64,000 nucleotides of DNA from an uncultured Gammaproteobacteria bacterium (GTDB taxonomy: Bacteria; Patescibacteriota; Microgenomatia; Levybacterales; GWA1-39-11), in assembly GCA_964641355.1 (NCBI GenBank), contig CAZXND010000002.1:143112-207111 (forward strand), in the 5' to 3' direction. The notes below the pieces were generated by a model. The model searched no databases and had not been told where the DNA came from. It was given only the letters and a program-made list of their open reading frames with translations. Position numbers and translations under genes: made by a program. Shown here piece by piece: positions 8,624 through 18,280 of this stretch; position 1 is the first letter of the stretch; every line of letters begins with the position of its first letter.

Positions 8624-10294
8624 TTAGATCCTTCGATCCCAACTTTTAACAGTTGATAAAATGGTGAGGCCCAAGACCAGAAAAAAAGAAAGAAGGGTAA
8701 TGATTGTTGCAAAACTTCTAACTTGAGTATTTTTAAAAACAACTATTACACTATTTCTACCCTTAGGAAGGGTAAAAGATATAATTCCTTTTTCATTGTT
8801 AACGCTTTTAGTTTTTCCATCAGAAACATACGACCATCCAGGAAAATAAGATATATTTCCCAAAACTTTTACCTTATTTTTTGAAACAACACTCACAAGG
8901 TACTTCGATCCTAATTGCTTTACACTAGCTATATTACCCAACCCTTCTTCTAAAATAAATTTCTTTTCGGGACGCAAGGACACGGTCTTAAACCATATCG
9001 TGTTGAATAAGTCACCTGGACTATTAGTGCCATCAATAAAATTAGATTTATTTATATAATATGAATCAGTTCTATCATGATAATACGCTGGAACAGTATA
9101 GCCATATGTTAAAATTATTGACAGTAGGACGAATAAGGGAAGTACTAAATATTTTTTGTTTACAGATATTAATCCATTAAAAAATACTGCCCCAGATAAA
9201 AATGCTGAAATAAGCATTTCAATACTTAGAAGCCGCCAGGGAAATTGAAAATATGAAATAAGTGGAAGTCTCCAAAAAATCTTAGAATACGCGGTCATTA
9301 AGAAAAAAGTAAAAAAATATGATACTAGGAAAAAAAGTAATATATAGAAGATATTCGCAGATCTTCTACTATTAGCAACTTTTAACAGAATAAATAATGA
9401 TAACAACACAAAAAAAATATTAATTACTCCCAACTGCAACGACATCTTATTATTAAATGTAGAGCTAACAAAACCGGTGCCCCAAGATGGAAATATAAGC
9501 TCTGCTAATTCAGGAAAATTCGATTCTACACTGTAAAGCTCCAACCCCTTAACTATGTTTTTTTCTGAAAGTGCGGGTATCCAAAAAATGGATGCTATTC
9601 CCAAACCAAAAATAGAAATAATTAATACTTTTTTAATTCCATTTAGCCCCTTATTGTAAACTTTGATTAAAAAGACTGAATATAGTAGATAAAAAATAAA
9701 AAATGCTAGACCTAATATGTTATGTGAAAAAATAACCGCAGCCAGAGACAACGCAGAGACTCCTTGCCAAAAAAATGATTTATTAAAAATGGCCTTAGTG
9801 GATGTATATAATAAGAAAGGTGCAAATGCTAAAGCCCAAACCTCCCCTATTGAACCCCTCACGTATACATCAACAAAATGATAAGGCGTATAAGTATAAA
9901 CCACGGCCGACAAAAAACCTCCCCCTTTTCCCCAAAAACATTTAGACCAAAAATACATAGAAAACCCTCCTATAAAACTAGCCAATATCATTGATAACTT
10001 AAATGAAGAGACAAAACTAAATCCAAGTTGGTGAAGTAAAAGCGCAATATAGTTAGGTAATGGGTAAACAAAGTTAAATAAAGGTATCCCAAAAGTAAAA
10101 TTCAAATCAGGAGCCCATCTTGGATATAAAGATCCAAAGGAAAATTCTCTCCAAAACTCATAGAATCGGATTAAATGATATTCTCCATCATGAGTGGGAG
10201 GAAAACCTGGATGAAAGAGAGAAAGAACCGATGGTAGAAGTACGACAAATAGCAGGATCTGTATTATAAAATCGTTTTTGATTATTTTTTTCAC
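8624..10294 (-). CDS. polytopic membrane protein, family C (HDG...PRW...GYG family, distant YfhO-like), putative GT-C glycosyltransferase
   Basis: 556 aa. N-terminal TM followed by the loop HPGFPPTHDGEYHLIRFYEFWREF...LYPRWAPDLNFTFGIPLFNFVYPLP. C-terminal ISYFPGWSYVSDGK module and a terminal TM helix. Four paralogs in the window. Confidence 0.55.
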   Translation of the reverse strand: MKKIIKNDFIIQILLFVVLLPSVLSLFHPGFPPTHDGEYHLIRFYEFWREFSFGSLYPRWAPDLNFTFGIPLFNFVYPLPNYIALLLHQLGFSFVSSFKLSMILASFIGGFSMYFWSKCFWGKGGGFLSAVVYTYTPYHFVDVYVRGSIGEVWALAFAPFLLYTSTKAIFNKSFFWQGVSALSLAAVIFSHNILGLAFFIFYLLYSVFLIKVYNKGLNGIKKVLIISIFGLGIASIFWIPALSEKNIVKGLELYSVESNFPELAELIFPSWGTGFVSSTFNNKMSLQLGVINIFFVLLSLFILLKVANSRRSANIFYILLFFLVSYFFTFFLMTAYSKIFWRLPLISYFQFPWRLLSIEMLISAFLSGAVFFNGLISVNKKYLVLPLFVLLSIILTYGYTVPAYYHDRTDSYYINKSNFIDGTNSPGDLFNTIWFKTVSLRPEKKFILEEGLGNIASVKQLGSKYLVSVVSKNKVKVLGNISYFPGWSYVSDGKTKSVNNEKGIISFTLPKGRNSVIVVFKNTQVRSFATIITLLSFFLVLGLTILSTVKSWDRRI

Positions 10295-11400
10295 TTAATT
10301 AAATATTTATATTCAAAAATTGCAGTAGCTACCACAGGTAAGACTATTATTAAATACTTAAATAGTGGAGTATATCCAAAATAAGAACCAGTCAACATGT
10401 AAGGAGTGTAACTTAAAAGCATTCCAAGACTTAAAGCCACAGACAAATTAATTAACTTTTTACTATCTATTAAGGGCGTGAAAATCAAAAACCATATTGC
10501 ATACCATGGATATATTTCTTCTCTAAGTACGGAAAGAAAAAAAATTGCTACCATCGCCCAAAAAGAAAGCATATATACTGATCTTTGGTTAACCTTCTCT
10601 TTAACAATATGTTTGTAAATTACATATAAAGCGATTGGTAATAAGACGATTGTTCCATATTTTATTAATATAGAAAAAATTATAAATATTGTAAAAAATA
10701 AGTATCTTTTTTTAAATAAGAAATAATATGAGAGCAAAGCTAAACTCATCATAACTATATCATTATGATTTCCAACAAAGGTTTCAATAACAACTAATGG
10801 GTTAATGGCAAAAAGCGAGGTTTTATAAATCGATTTTGTCATTTCATACAATAGTAATACTGCAAGTAAATAAAAGAGGATAACTAAGAGTTTAAAATTA
10901 ATAAGAATTAGTAAAAAATTTCCAAACCCAAGAATAAAAGGAATTAAAGATAATAATAGCCAAACAGGTCCATATAAAGCTACCTTATTAGTAGCTCTCG
11001 TAAAGAAAAGGTATGGTTCGTTCGTAAATTCAATAGGCATAATTATATACGGATTTTCTTGATAACTAGACACTACTTTAGCTGTCATAATATAGTTAAA
11101 AATATCATACGAAAGCATAGCCGGATATGAAAATAACAAAATAAAAAATGTTATAAAAATTACCAGTAAAAAACTTTTTAAGTTAATTAGATTTTCTTTA
11201 AAAGTAGAAACAAATTTTAAATAGAAGATGTAAAAGAGAATGATCATCCCAAAATAGATAACAGAGACAAGTTCTCTTTTTAGATATAGCCCTGAGTATA
11301 GGAAATTAAAGTAAGATAAATTTGCATCGATAAATATATAACTAAAAAAATTTAGCAAAATCAAAAAAATTACGTACGATATTATCAAATACTTACTCAT
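10291..11400 (-). CDS. polytopic membrane protein, family D (NPY...YGPxW...HNDIVMM), possible DUF2029/GT87-like glycosyltransferase
   Basis: 369 aa. Motifs DIFNYIMTAKV, NPY, YGPVWLL, NPLVVIE, HNDIVMM and IKYG are shared with the proteins at 56976..58145 and (more weakly) 27419..28645. Confidence 0.5.
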   Translation of the reverse strand: MSKYLIISYVIFLILLNFFSYIFIDANLSYFNFLYSGLYLKRELVSVIYFGMIILFYIFYLKFVSTFKENLINLKSFLLVIFITFFILLFSYPAMLSYDIFNYIMTAKVVSSYQENPYIIMPIEFTNEPYLFFTRATNKVALYGPVWLLLSLIPFILGFGNFLLILINFKLLVILFYLLAVLLLYEMTKSIYKTSLFAINPLVVIETFVGNHNDIVMMSLALLSYYFLFKKRYLFFTIFIIFSILIKYGTIVLLPIALYVIYKHIVKEKVNQRSVYMLSFWAMVAIFFLSVLREEIYPWYAIWFLIFTPLIDSKKLINLSVALSLGMLLSYTPYMLTGSYFGYTPLFKYLIIVLPVVATAIFEYKYLIK

Positions 11401-11911
11401 ACTTTTGTCTTAACAGTAAAGATTCACCTACATTTCTTTTTAATTCTAGTTTTTTAACTTCTTTTTTTTCTTCGTTCCAATTAAACTTTTCAGGCAATTC
11501 CTCACTTACTTTAATAAGAGTTTGATAATGTTTTTTTGCAGCTAGTTTTAAAGTATGTTTTTTTTCTTCACTACCATTCTTTCTCACATTTAAGATTTTA
11601 GATGCTTCAATAAAATATACATCTGATTTTCTAAGTGCGTTATAACCAAGTAAATACTGCTTGTATTCAAAAAGTACCTTCGCCTCAACAAGATACTTAT
11701 CTGAAAGCTTAAGATAATAAACGAAATTTCCATAATCACCGAAATACCAAAATTTAGAAATATAGTAATAAAATTGGTTTAGGTTGTAGAATTTACTTCC
11801 TGGAAGAACTGATGGGTATGGAAGCACGTAAGAAGAGTCAGAGTTCGCTAAAACTATTTTTACGTTAAAAAATAAAAGAAAAAAGAAGAACAGTAGATAA
11901 CGCCACATCAA
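11393..11911 (-). CDS. small secreted protein (signal peptide, Tyr-rich N-domain, Lys/Glu-rich C-tail), unknown function
   Basis: N-terminal MMWRYLLFFFFLLFFNVKIVLANS looks like a signal peptide. Tyr-rich stretch YYYISKFWYFGDYGNFVYY. 8-bp overlap with the upstream gene. Confidence 0.45.
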   Translation of the reverse strand: MMWRYLLFFFFLLFFNVKIVLANSDSSYVLPYPSVLPGSKFYNLNQFYYYISKFWYFGDYGNFVYYLKLSDKYLVEAKVLFEYKQYLLGYNALRKSDVYFIEASKILNVRKNGSEEKKHTLKLAAKKHYQTLIKVSEELPEKFNWNEEKKEVKKLELKRNVGESLLLRQKYE

Positions 11912-12879
11912 TAGTTATTTTCACTATGCCATTTCCATGCGCTTTTTACTATCGTTGAAAGATCAGAAAATCTTGGATGGAAATTTAGGTCTTTTTTAAT
12001 ATTTCCCACATCCGCTATTAAGACATCCGCGTCTCCTGGTCTTGGAGGAGAAGTAATAGTTTTTACTTTTTTTCCTGAAACCTTCTCAATTTCAGAAACA
12101 ACTTCCTTATTTGAGTAACCGTTTCCAGTTCCTACATTATAGAAGTACATTCCACCATCACTAACCACCTTATCGAGTGCAAGAAGATGAGCATCGATTA
12201 AGTCAAGAACATGAATATAATCTCTAACACAACTTCCGTCAGAAGTATTATAACTATCCCCATATAATTCGAATTCTTTATCTTTTAAGATCGCGTTAAT
12301 CACATTTGGAATAAGATGAGATTCTGGTTGATGGGATTCTCCATATTTCCCATCGAGCGATGCTCCAGCAGCATTAAAATATCTAAGACTGATAAAATTT
12401 AAATCGAAAATTTCTCCATACCATTTTAAAACCGTTTCTACCATTAATTTACTCTCACCATAGGGATTAGTAGGAAGTTTCGGGTGTTCTTCTTTTATTG
12501 GAGTTTCTTGTGGATTTCCGTAAACCCCAGCTGTTGATGAAAAAATAATATTCCCAACATTTCCCTTGATCATAGCCTCTATTAGGTTAAGTGTGCCATA
12601 TGTATTATTTTCAAAGTATATGTATGGATTTTGCATAGATTCACCCATAGATATTAGTCCAGCAAAATGAATTACACAATCGAATTTATCTCTAAAAACC
12701 TTCTCAAGAAATTTTTTATCAAGAAGATCACCATTTAGAACTTTCACGGATGAATCTAAATCTACCTCCGTACTCCTCGAAAAATTATCTAGAACAGAAA
12801 CCTCATCACCTCTATTTAATAAGCCCCTTACCATAAATCCTCCAATATATCCTGCTCCTCCTGTTACAAGTATTTTCAT
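11908..12879 (-). CDS. galE: UDP-glucose 4-epimerase (GalE-type)
   Basis: MKILVTGGAGYIGGFMVRGLLNRGDEVSVLDNFSRS N-terminus, YGESKLMVE (YxxxK), 323 aa, typical GalE layout. Confidence 0.75.
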   Translation of the reverse strand: MKILVTGGAGYIGGFMVRGLLNRGDEVSVLDNFSRSTEVDLDSSVKVLNGDLLDKKFLEKVFRDKFDCVIHFAGLISMGESMQNPYIYFENNTYGTLNLIEAMIKGNVGNIIFSSTAGVYGNPQETPIKEEHPKLPTNPYGESKLMVETVLKWYGEIFDLNFISLRYFNAAGASLDGKYGESHQPESHLIPNVINAILKDKEFELYGDSYNTSDGSCVRDYIHVLDLIDAHLLALDKVVSDGGMYFYNVGTGNGYSNKEVVSEIEKVSGKKVKTITSPPRPGDADVLIADVGNIKKDLNFHPRFSDLSTIVKSAWKWHSENNY

Positions 12880-13664
12880 ATTTCTATTCTATTCTTATTT
12901 AAAGATATTATATACGATACCGGATATCTAAGTGAAGAAAAGAAAGAAAACACGAATCCTTGCCATGAATCCATGAATCCTTTATGTCTTAAATATGTCA
13001 AAAAAAACCAGTATAATGGCCTTATTAACAAAAACTCAGGAACAGAGTACAATTTCAAAGGAAAAATTCTCTTCCTCATCATTTTCTGTATCTGATGTGC
13101 ATAAATATTATTGTATCTCTCCCATTTTTGCAAATAAACAGAAAAGTTTTTATAGGGATAATGGAGAAGAGGGTGGGATAAATAGCCAACGACACCATCT
13201 ACCACAGCTTGCTCATGAACATCTTTTTGCGGGAGTTTTCCTTTGCCATTTTTATATAAACGGAGTGTATAGTCAGGATATTGACCACCTTTCATAAGGA
13301 ATCTACCAAGGAAAAAGTTTTTTCTCGGAATCCAATATCCACTCTCTTCTCTTACCTCATCATTAATTACTCGAATAATTTCGTCTTTCAGCTCTTTAGA
13401 AACTCTCTCGTCTGCATCAAGCTGCAATATCCAATCAGAGGTAGCTTTATCAATAGCTTTTTGTTTATTGATGTGAAATATCTCTTGATTGGGTAATATA
13501 CTAACTATTGCCCCATAGCTCCTCGCAATTTCTACAGTCTTGTCATTCGATTCTCCATCAACTAAAACTATTTCAGACACCCATCCCTCAACAGAATCGA
13601 GTGTTCTGCCAATACTTGCCTCTTCGTTGTATGTTGCTAAAACAACACTTATTGTTTTCTTCAA
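12876..13664 (-). CDS. family 2 glycosyltransferase (paralog of 43497..44399 and 37881..38615)
   Basis: ISVVLATYNEE...VLVDGESNDKT...QLDADE. C-terminal block QYPDYTLRLYKNGKGKLPQKDVHE is shared with 43497..44399 (WYPDYQLRLFKNGSGKFPEKHVHE). Confidence 0.7.
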   Translation of the reverse strand: MKKTISVVLATYNEEASIGRTLDSVEGWVSEIVLVDGESNDKTVEIARSYGAIVSILPNQEIFHINKQKAIDKATSDWILQLDADERVSKELKDEIIRVINDEVREESGYWIPRKNFFLGRFLMKGGQYPDYTLRLYKNGKGKLPQKDVHEQAVVDGVVGYLSHPLLHYPYKNFSVYLQKWERYNNIYAHQIQKMMRKRIFPLKLYSVPEFLLIRPLYWFFLTYLRHKGFMDSWQGFVFSFFSSLRYPVSYIISLNKNRIEI

Positions 13665-15319
13665 GGCTTAACCTCTCCTATTATTATAGCTTGTTTGTTT
13701 GTAGGAAATTCAACACTTTTAACAAGAACTAAAGGACTTTTAAATTCAGACGGGTTTAAAACATAAAGAACCTCTTTTTCGAATTTTATCGGTTTTTCAA
13801 AATAATATTTTCCAATTTTATGTGTTTCTGCAAATCCACCTGACCTTGTTCCTCCTGACATTTGATAGTTCATTGGATCTACTTTTCTTGAAAATAAATA
13901 AAACATATAACTCTCTAGTAGGCTTTCTCTGTTAGAAACTACAATTTTATTGTATTTATCTTCATTTTTTTTAGCAAAGGCAATCGCCTGCAACAGTCCA
14001 TATTGAAACTGATGAGCAGAATTATTTCTAAAAATATTAAAATAACTGTATGAAAAAAATAGAACATATGAACAAATTACCAATGCGAAAACCCCTATAA
14101 TCAGATTTCTTATTAACATGCTCATTTTTAACAAATAAGAAACAGCTACGATTATTCCATATGATTCAACTATTTGAGGCAAAGGTAAAATCTGAATTAC
14201 CCTCATGGCATGAGGATAACCGTTTGTTATAGCCCCAGGAACCAACGATGAAAGCAACCAGAACAAAAAGAAAAGTTTTATTTTATTATCGAAATCTTTT
14301 CTTGTTATCAAAAAAAATGCACCAAAGAGAATTATCACTAATTCAAATGGATAAAACAATCCAAAGTTTGGAACTTTAAAGATCTCATCTCCGGTATTTG
14401 TAAATAACCAGAATGGGTTAAAATGTGACATATACGCTGAGAAGATTAGACCTCCATACATAACCCTCCTGTTGTACATCACTTGGCCAAAAAAATCATT
14501 TTTACTTTTCGCCTCTAAAACCTTAACGGCACTATTACTTAAAAGCTGAGGATTTGAAGATAATATATTTGTACCTGAAAATCTAATAAGCGCTCCTGGT
14601 TTTAATGTTTCAACAATCACTGGCAACACTATAATTAATCCCAAAAAAATGCTTAAGGTTAAATTTTTTTTATTTCTGGTTAAAGACTTAATAAATATTG
14701 ACGCAATAATAAGCGAAATAAGAGGGATAAAGATTTTTCCACTTTGATAAGAATCGAAAGAAAGAGCCATAAAAGCAGCAGAAAGTGGTAAAAATATAAT
14801 TGACCCTCTCTTTGACCCTAAAATAAATTTGAAAAAAAATGTAAGACCTAGAATAAAAAAAGAGAGAAATGCATTTACTTCGTGTCCTAACCTAGAAATA
14901 TAAATATGCCAAGGGGAAATCGCCAACAAGAACATTACTAAAAACGGTAGAGCTGAGATAAAACGTAACGATAACTTTGAAATAAAACAATCAACGAGAA
15001 AGTAAACAGAAATTACACTTATTATCGATAAAATTACCGACGGTAGTCTTACGGCTAAAGCACTTAAACCTAAAAACTTAACGAATGGAATAACTAAGTA
15101 GACATATAAGGCAGGTCTATAATCATCATACGCCCTTAGCAACACTGGAAAAGAACTAAGATACTCATCTTTCCCTGTTAATAATATTGAATATGCATTG
15201 TAACCAATCGAAACCTCATCAAGGCTTGGATGTGACGGAATATTGCCCAATTCATAAAATCTAAAAAAAATTGCAATCGAGAGGATTGTTAAAAAAATAA
15301 TTTTTTTCACTTTTTCCAC
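13661..15319 (-). CDS. GT-C family A (PMT_2/ArnT-like, GT39/GT83-type) membrane glycosyltransferase, paralog 1
   Basis: 552 aa polytopic. Loop-1 motif LDEVSIGYNAYSILLTGKDEY, later ISPWHIYISRLGHE and VPHAMRVIQILP. The same three motifs are conserved in 7 paralogs. Confidence 0.65.
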   Translation of the reverse strand: MEKVKKIIFLTILSIAIFFRFYELGNIPSHPSLDEVSIGYNAYSILLTGKDEYLSSFPVLLRAYDDYRPALYVYLVIPFVKFLGLSALAVRLPSVILSIISVISVYFLVDCFISKLSLRFISALPFLVMFLLAISPWHIYISRLGHEVNAFLSFFILGLTFFFKFILGSKRGSIIFLPLSAAFMALSFDSYQSGKIFIPLISLIIASIFIKSLTRNKKNLTLSIFLGLIIVLPVIVETLKPGALIRFSGTNILSSNPQLLSNSAVKVLEAKSKNDFFGQVMYNRRVMYGGLIFSAYMSHFNPFWLFTNTGDEIFKVPNFGLFYPFELVIILFGAFFLITRKDFDNKIKLFFLFWLLSSLVPGAITNGYPHAMRVIQILPLPQIVESYGIIVAVSYLLKMSMLIRNLIIGVFALVICSYVLFFSYSYFNIFRNNSAHQFQYGLLQAIAFAKKNEDKYNKIVVSNRESLLESYMFYLFSRKVDPMNYQMSGGTRSGGFAETHKIGKYYFEKPIKFEKEVLYVLNPSEFKSPLVLVKSVEFPTNKQAIIIGEVKP

Positions 15320-16590
15320 CTCTTTTCATAAATATAATGAATATAAGATTCAGGCGCTCCATAAAGGAAATCATTTTTAATACCTCTATTTACCTCTATC
15401 CTCACTTCCTTCCTATATTCAGACAAACCCTTTGTTTTGTAGGAAAAAAAAGCCGAAATATTTATCGCTAAAAAGTAACTAATAACCAAAATAAAAATAA
15501 CTTTTGGCAAGATGTTTTTTAACCTCCATAGCTTCATTAAAAAATAAGACAATACAAATATAGCTATAAACCTAGTACTTGAAAAGAAGTAATTAGAAAT
15601 ATCTCCCTTATAAGTTGCGATTACCACCCAAGGGACTACAAACCAAAGCACAACTAAAAAAACAAAAATTAATCTATCTCTATTAAATTTTTCTCTAAGA
15701 TATGTTAGCGAGAAAAACGGAACCACCAATATTGAAACAATCTGAGGTATATTAAAACGAGTTAAACCTGAAAATTCAATAAATGCATCACCCGATAATT
15801 GAATCATCCTTCTTAAGTGTAATCCGTGATAATTACTGGATAAAAAAGAAAAAACATTGACACCACTTTTAGAATTAAGTGATGAAATTATATTTGGAAT
15901 TAAAAAAACAAAAAAAATGGGAATTGCTAATAGTATATATTTAAGCGTTTTAACTTTAAATGGAATAAGTGGTAAACAGAATAATAATATTACAAAATAA
16001 AAAACAGATGTAGTATGGATATGCAGAGAAACTCCAAGTAAAACAGCTAAAACCAAAATCTTACTTACATCTCCAAGTAATATTCTATATATAAAATAAA
16101 AGATTAGTAATGATATCGATGCAATAAATCCGACTGGCCATTGTGTTCGTTCAAAGCTTATATTGTAAAACGATATACTTTGAATTAATAAAGCAGTTAA
16201 AGCTACTTTAGAATCGAATAACTTTTTCGTTATAGAGAATAAAACAAGAAGCGAGAACAATGCCGTTACTAGTGCTGCGATTGGAGACGCAATTGGGTCT
16301 AAATTTGTAACCAGATAGAAAAAGGCAATGAAGTAATAATATAGAGGTCCAATAAATATTCCCGTTCCCTGCCTAGCTTGCATACCAACAAGAGGGTATT
16401 CTTTATTAACTAAAATATTCTTTGACACCCATGCATTATCAACTTGATCCCATCCAAAAGAGTGATTTGATTCAAATTTATACACACGAAAGAAAATAAA
16501 CACAAGAAGTATTGTCAAAAAAACAATTAACTCTTTTTTACTATTAAAATTTATACCAAAAAATTTAAAAATCTTGTTAATCTTTTTCAT
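15307..16590 (-). CDS. polytopic membrane protein, ArnT/GT83-like candidate
   Basis: 427 aa. TM1, then FGWDQVDNAWVSKNILVNKEYPLVGMQARQGTGIFIGPLYYY loop, about 11 TM helices. Confidence 0.45.
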   Translation of the reverse strand: MKKINKIFKFFGINFNSKKELIVFLTILLVFIFFRVYKFESNHSFGWDQVDNAWVSKNILVNKEYPLVGMQARQGTGIFIGPLYYYFIAFFYLVTNLDPIASPIAALVTALFSLLVLFSITKKLFDSKVALTALLIQSISFYNISFERTQWPVGFIASISLLIFYFIYRILLGDVSKILVLAVLLGVSLHIHTTSVFYFVILLFCLPLIPFKVKTLKYILLAIPIFFVFLIPNIISSLNSKSGVNVFSFLSSNYHGLHLRRMIQLSGDAFIEFSGLTRFNIPQIVSILVVPFFSLTYLREKFNRDRLIFVFLVVLWFVVPWVVIATYKGDISNYFFSSTRFIAIFVLSYFLMKLWRLKNILPKVIFILVISYFLAINISAFFSYKTKGLSEYRKEVRIEVNRGIKNDFLYGAPESYIHYIYEKRWKK

Positions 16591-16615
16591 TAATATTTAA
16601 TATATGTGAGCTATC

Positions 16616-18280
16616 CTATCCCTCTACAATAATAATTGCAGGTTTCCCATCTAAATAATTTACGGTTTTTAGTATTTTTACACCATCTGGAAAATCGCCA
16701 GGCCTACCGATAAAAAGCTTATTCTCTTTATTCTCATTATTCCAATCAATATTTCTAAAAACATAGTTTGCAAACCCTTTATGATCTTCCGCAAATCCTC
16801 CACTAACCGTTCCTCCATTTTTTTGATATATATCAGGTGGATATTTTAAATAAAACAGGAAAAACATATACGACTGGTCAAGTGGCCTAACATTGCTGAC
16901 AACTACTTCTCTATATCTATTTTGAATAGGATACACAAAAGAGACTACTTTTTCATACCCGTATTGCCAATCTGAAGAATTAAAATAATTCAACTGAATA
17001 AAGTACTGATTGAGAAAATAAACAAAATTAAAGAGAAATAAAATAGAAAATATACTTATAAATGTGTACCTATATACAACTTTTTGCTTCAAAGCCCAAA
17101 TAAAACTAGATAGAATTCCTAATGCAATAAAGATTTGAATAACAGGTAAAAAATTAAGAGTTCTTACAGCATGAGGGACTCCACTAGTAATAGACGCCGG
17201 AAGAGGTGCTATTAAAAAATATGAAAAAATTACAGTTTTTATTTTTAGATTAAATCTCCCGAAAATCAAGATATAAATTCCCAATAATAGAAACGGGAGT
17301 TCAATTAAATATAGTAAACCCATAAATGGAGCGTGATGTCTGGATATATCTCCCGTGATAAACAACCAATTAATATCGAAATGAGAAATATAACCTGAAA
17401 CTATAGCCCTACCGTATTCAATTCTTCTATTGTCCAGAACTAAACCTAAAAGATTTTCCGTTTTCTTATCCTCTGCTGATTTAATAACGTTTCTTTTAAG
17501 AAATTGGGTTTGATCTGAAAAAACACTAACCCCTTTTGCTCTTAAAAGTGCATTTTTATCCGTAATCGTATAATGAACCATTGGAAAAACAATTATGGAT
17601 ATTAACACAAATGATATAAGCAAATATTTTTTAGGAATTGATAATATAGTCTTCCAGTACAGAAGCAAAAGAATTAAAAACAAAATAACAGTAAATACTT
17701 TCTCGCTTTGATACATATAGATATTTATGGACGCAAAGAAAAAAGAAATAGGTAAGATCTTTGGAACCTTTAGTCCTTTTAAAAAAAAGAGCAAAGCAAG
17801 AACATTTAGTGCGGCGCCAACATTTGATTCAAAAGCAATTCTGGAAAAATTAATACTCCAAGGAGAAATCGCCAATATAAACGAAGCTATAAGTGCTAAA
17901 TAATCTGCTTTTACTGTTTTTTTTGAAATCTCTATTTCCTTCCCAAAAAGCTCTTTGATGAGAAAAAAGACTGCAATGACTGTAATTATTCCAAAAATTG
18001 CAGAAACCAATCTAACAGAAACGATATTCAATCCAAACACTTTTATAAAAGGGATTGCGAAATATGCATAAAGTGCAGGCTTGTAATCATCAAAAGATCT
18101 AAGGGCGACAGGAAAAATCTTTCCATATTCATCCTTACCAGTAAGAAGTAGTGAATAAGCGTTGTATCCAAGAGCCGCTTCGTCCCAATCAGGAGAGGGA
18201 GGAACACTCCCAATGTTCCAAAGTCTCAGAATAGAGGCAATTATAATTATACCTATAAGGATTAACCAAATCTTCTTCAT
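16616..18280 (-). CDS. GT-C family A (PMT/ArnT-like) paralog 2
   Basis: PDWDEAALGYNAYSLLLTGKDEYGK; ISPWSINFSRIAFE; VPHAVRTLNFLP; 554 aa. Confidence 0.65.
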   Translation of the reverse strand: MKKIWLILIGIIIIASILRLWNIGSVPPSPDWDEAALGYNAYSLLLTGKDEYGKIFPVALRSFDDYKPALYAYFAIPFIKVFGLNIVSVRLVSAIFGIITVIAVFFLIKELFGKEIEISKKTVKADYLALIASFILAISPWSINFSRIAFESNVGAALNVLALLFFLKGLKVPKILPISFFFASINIYMYQSEKVFTVILFLILLLLYWKTILSIPKKYLLISFVLISIIVFPMVHYTITDKNALLRAKGVSVFSDQTQFLKRNVIKSAEDKKTENLLGLVLDNRRIEYGRAIVSGYISHFDINWLFITGDISRHHAPFMGLLYLIELPFLLLGIYILIFGRFNLKIKTVIFSYFLIAPLPASITSGVPHAVRTLNFLPVIQIFIALGILSSFIWALKQKVVYRYTFISIFSILFLFNFVYFLNQYFIQLNYFNSSDWQYGYEKVVSFVYPIQNRYREVVVSNVRPLDQSYMFFLFYLKYPPDIYQKNGGTVSGGFAEDHKGFANYVFRNIDWNNENKENKLFIGRPGDFPDGVKILKTVNYLDGKPAIIIVEG

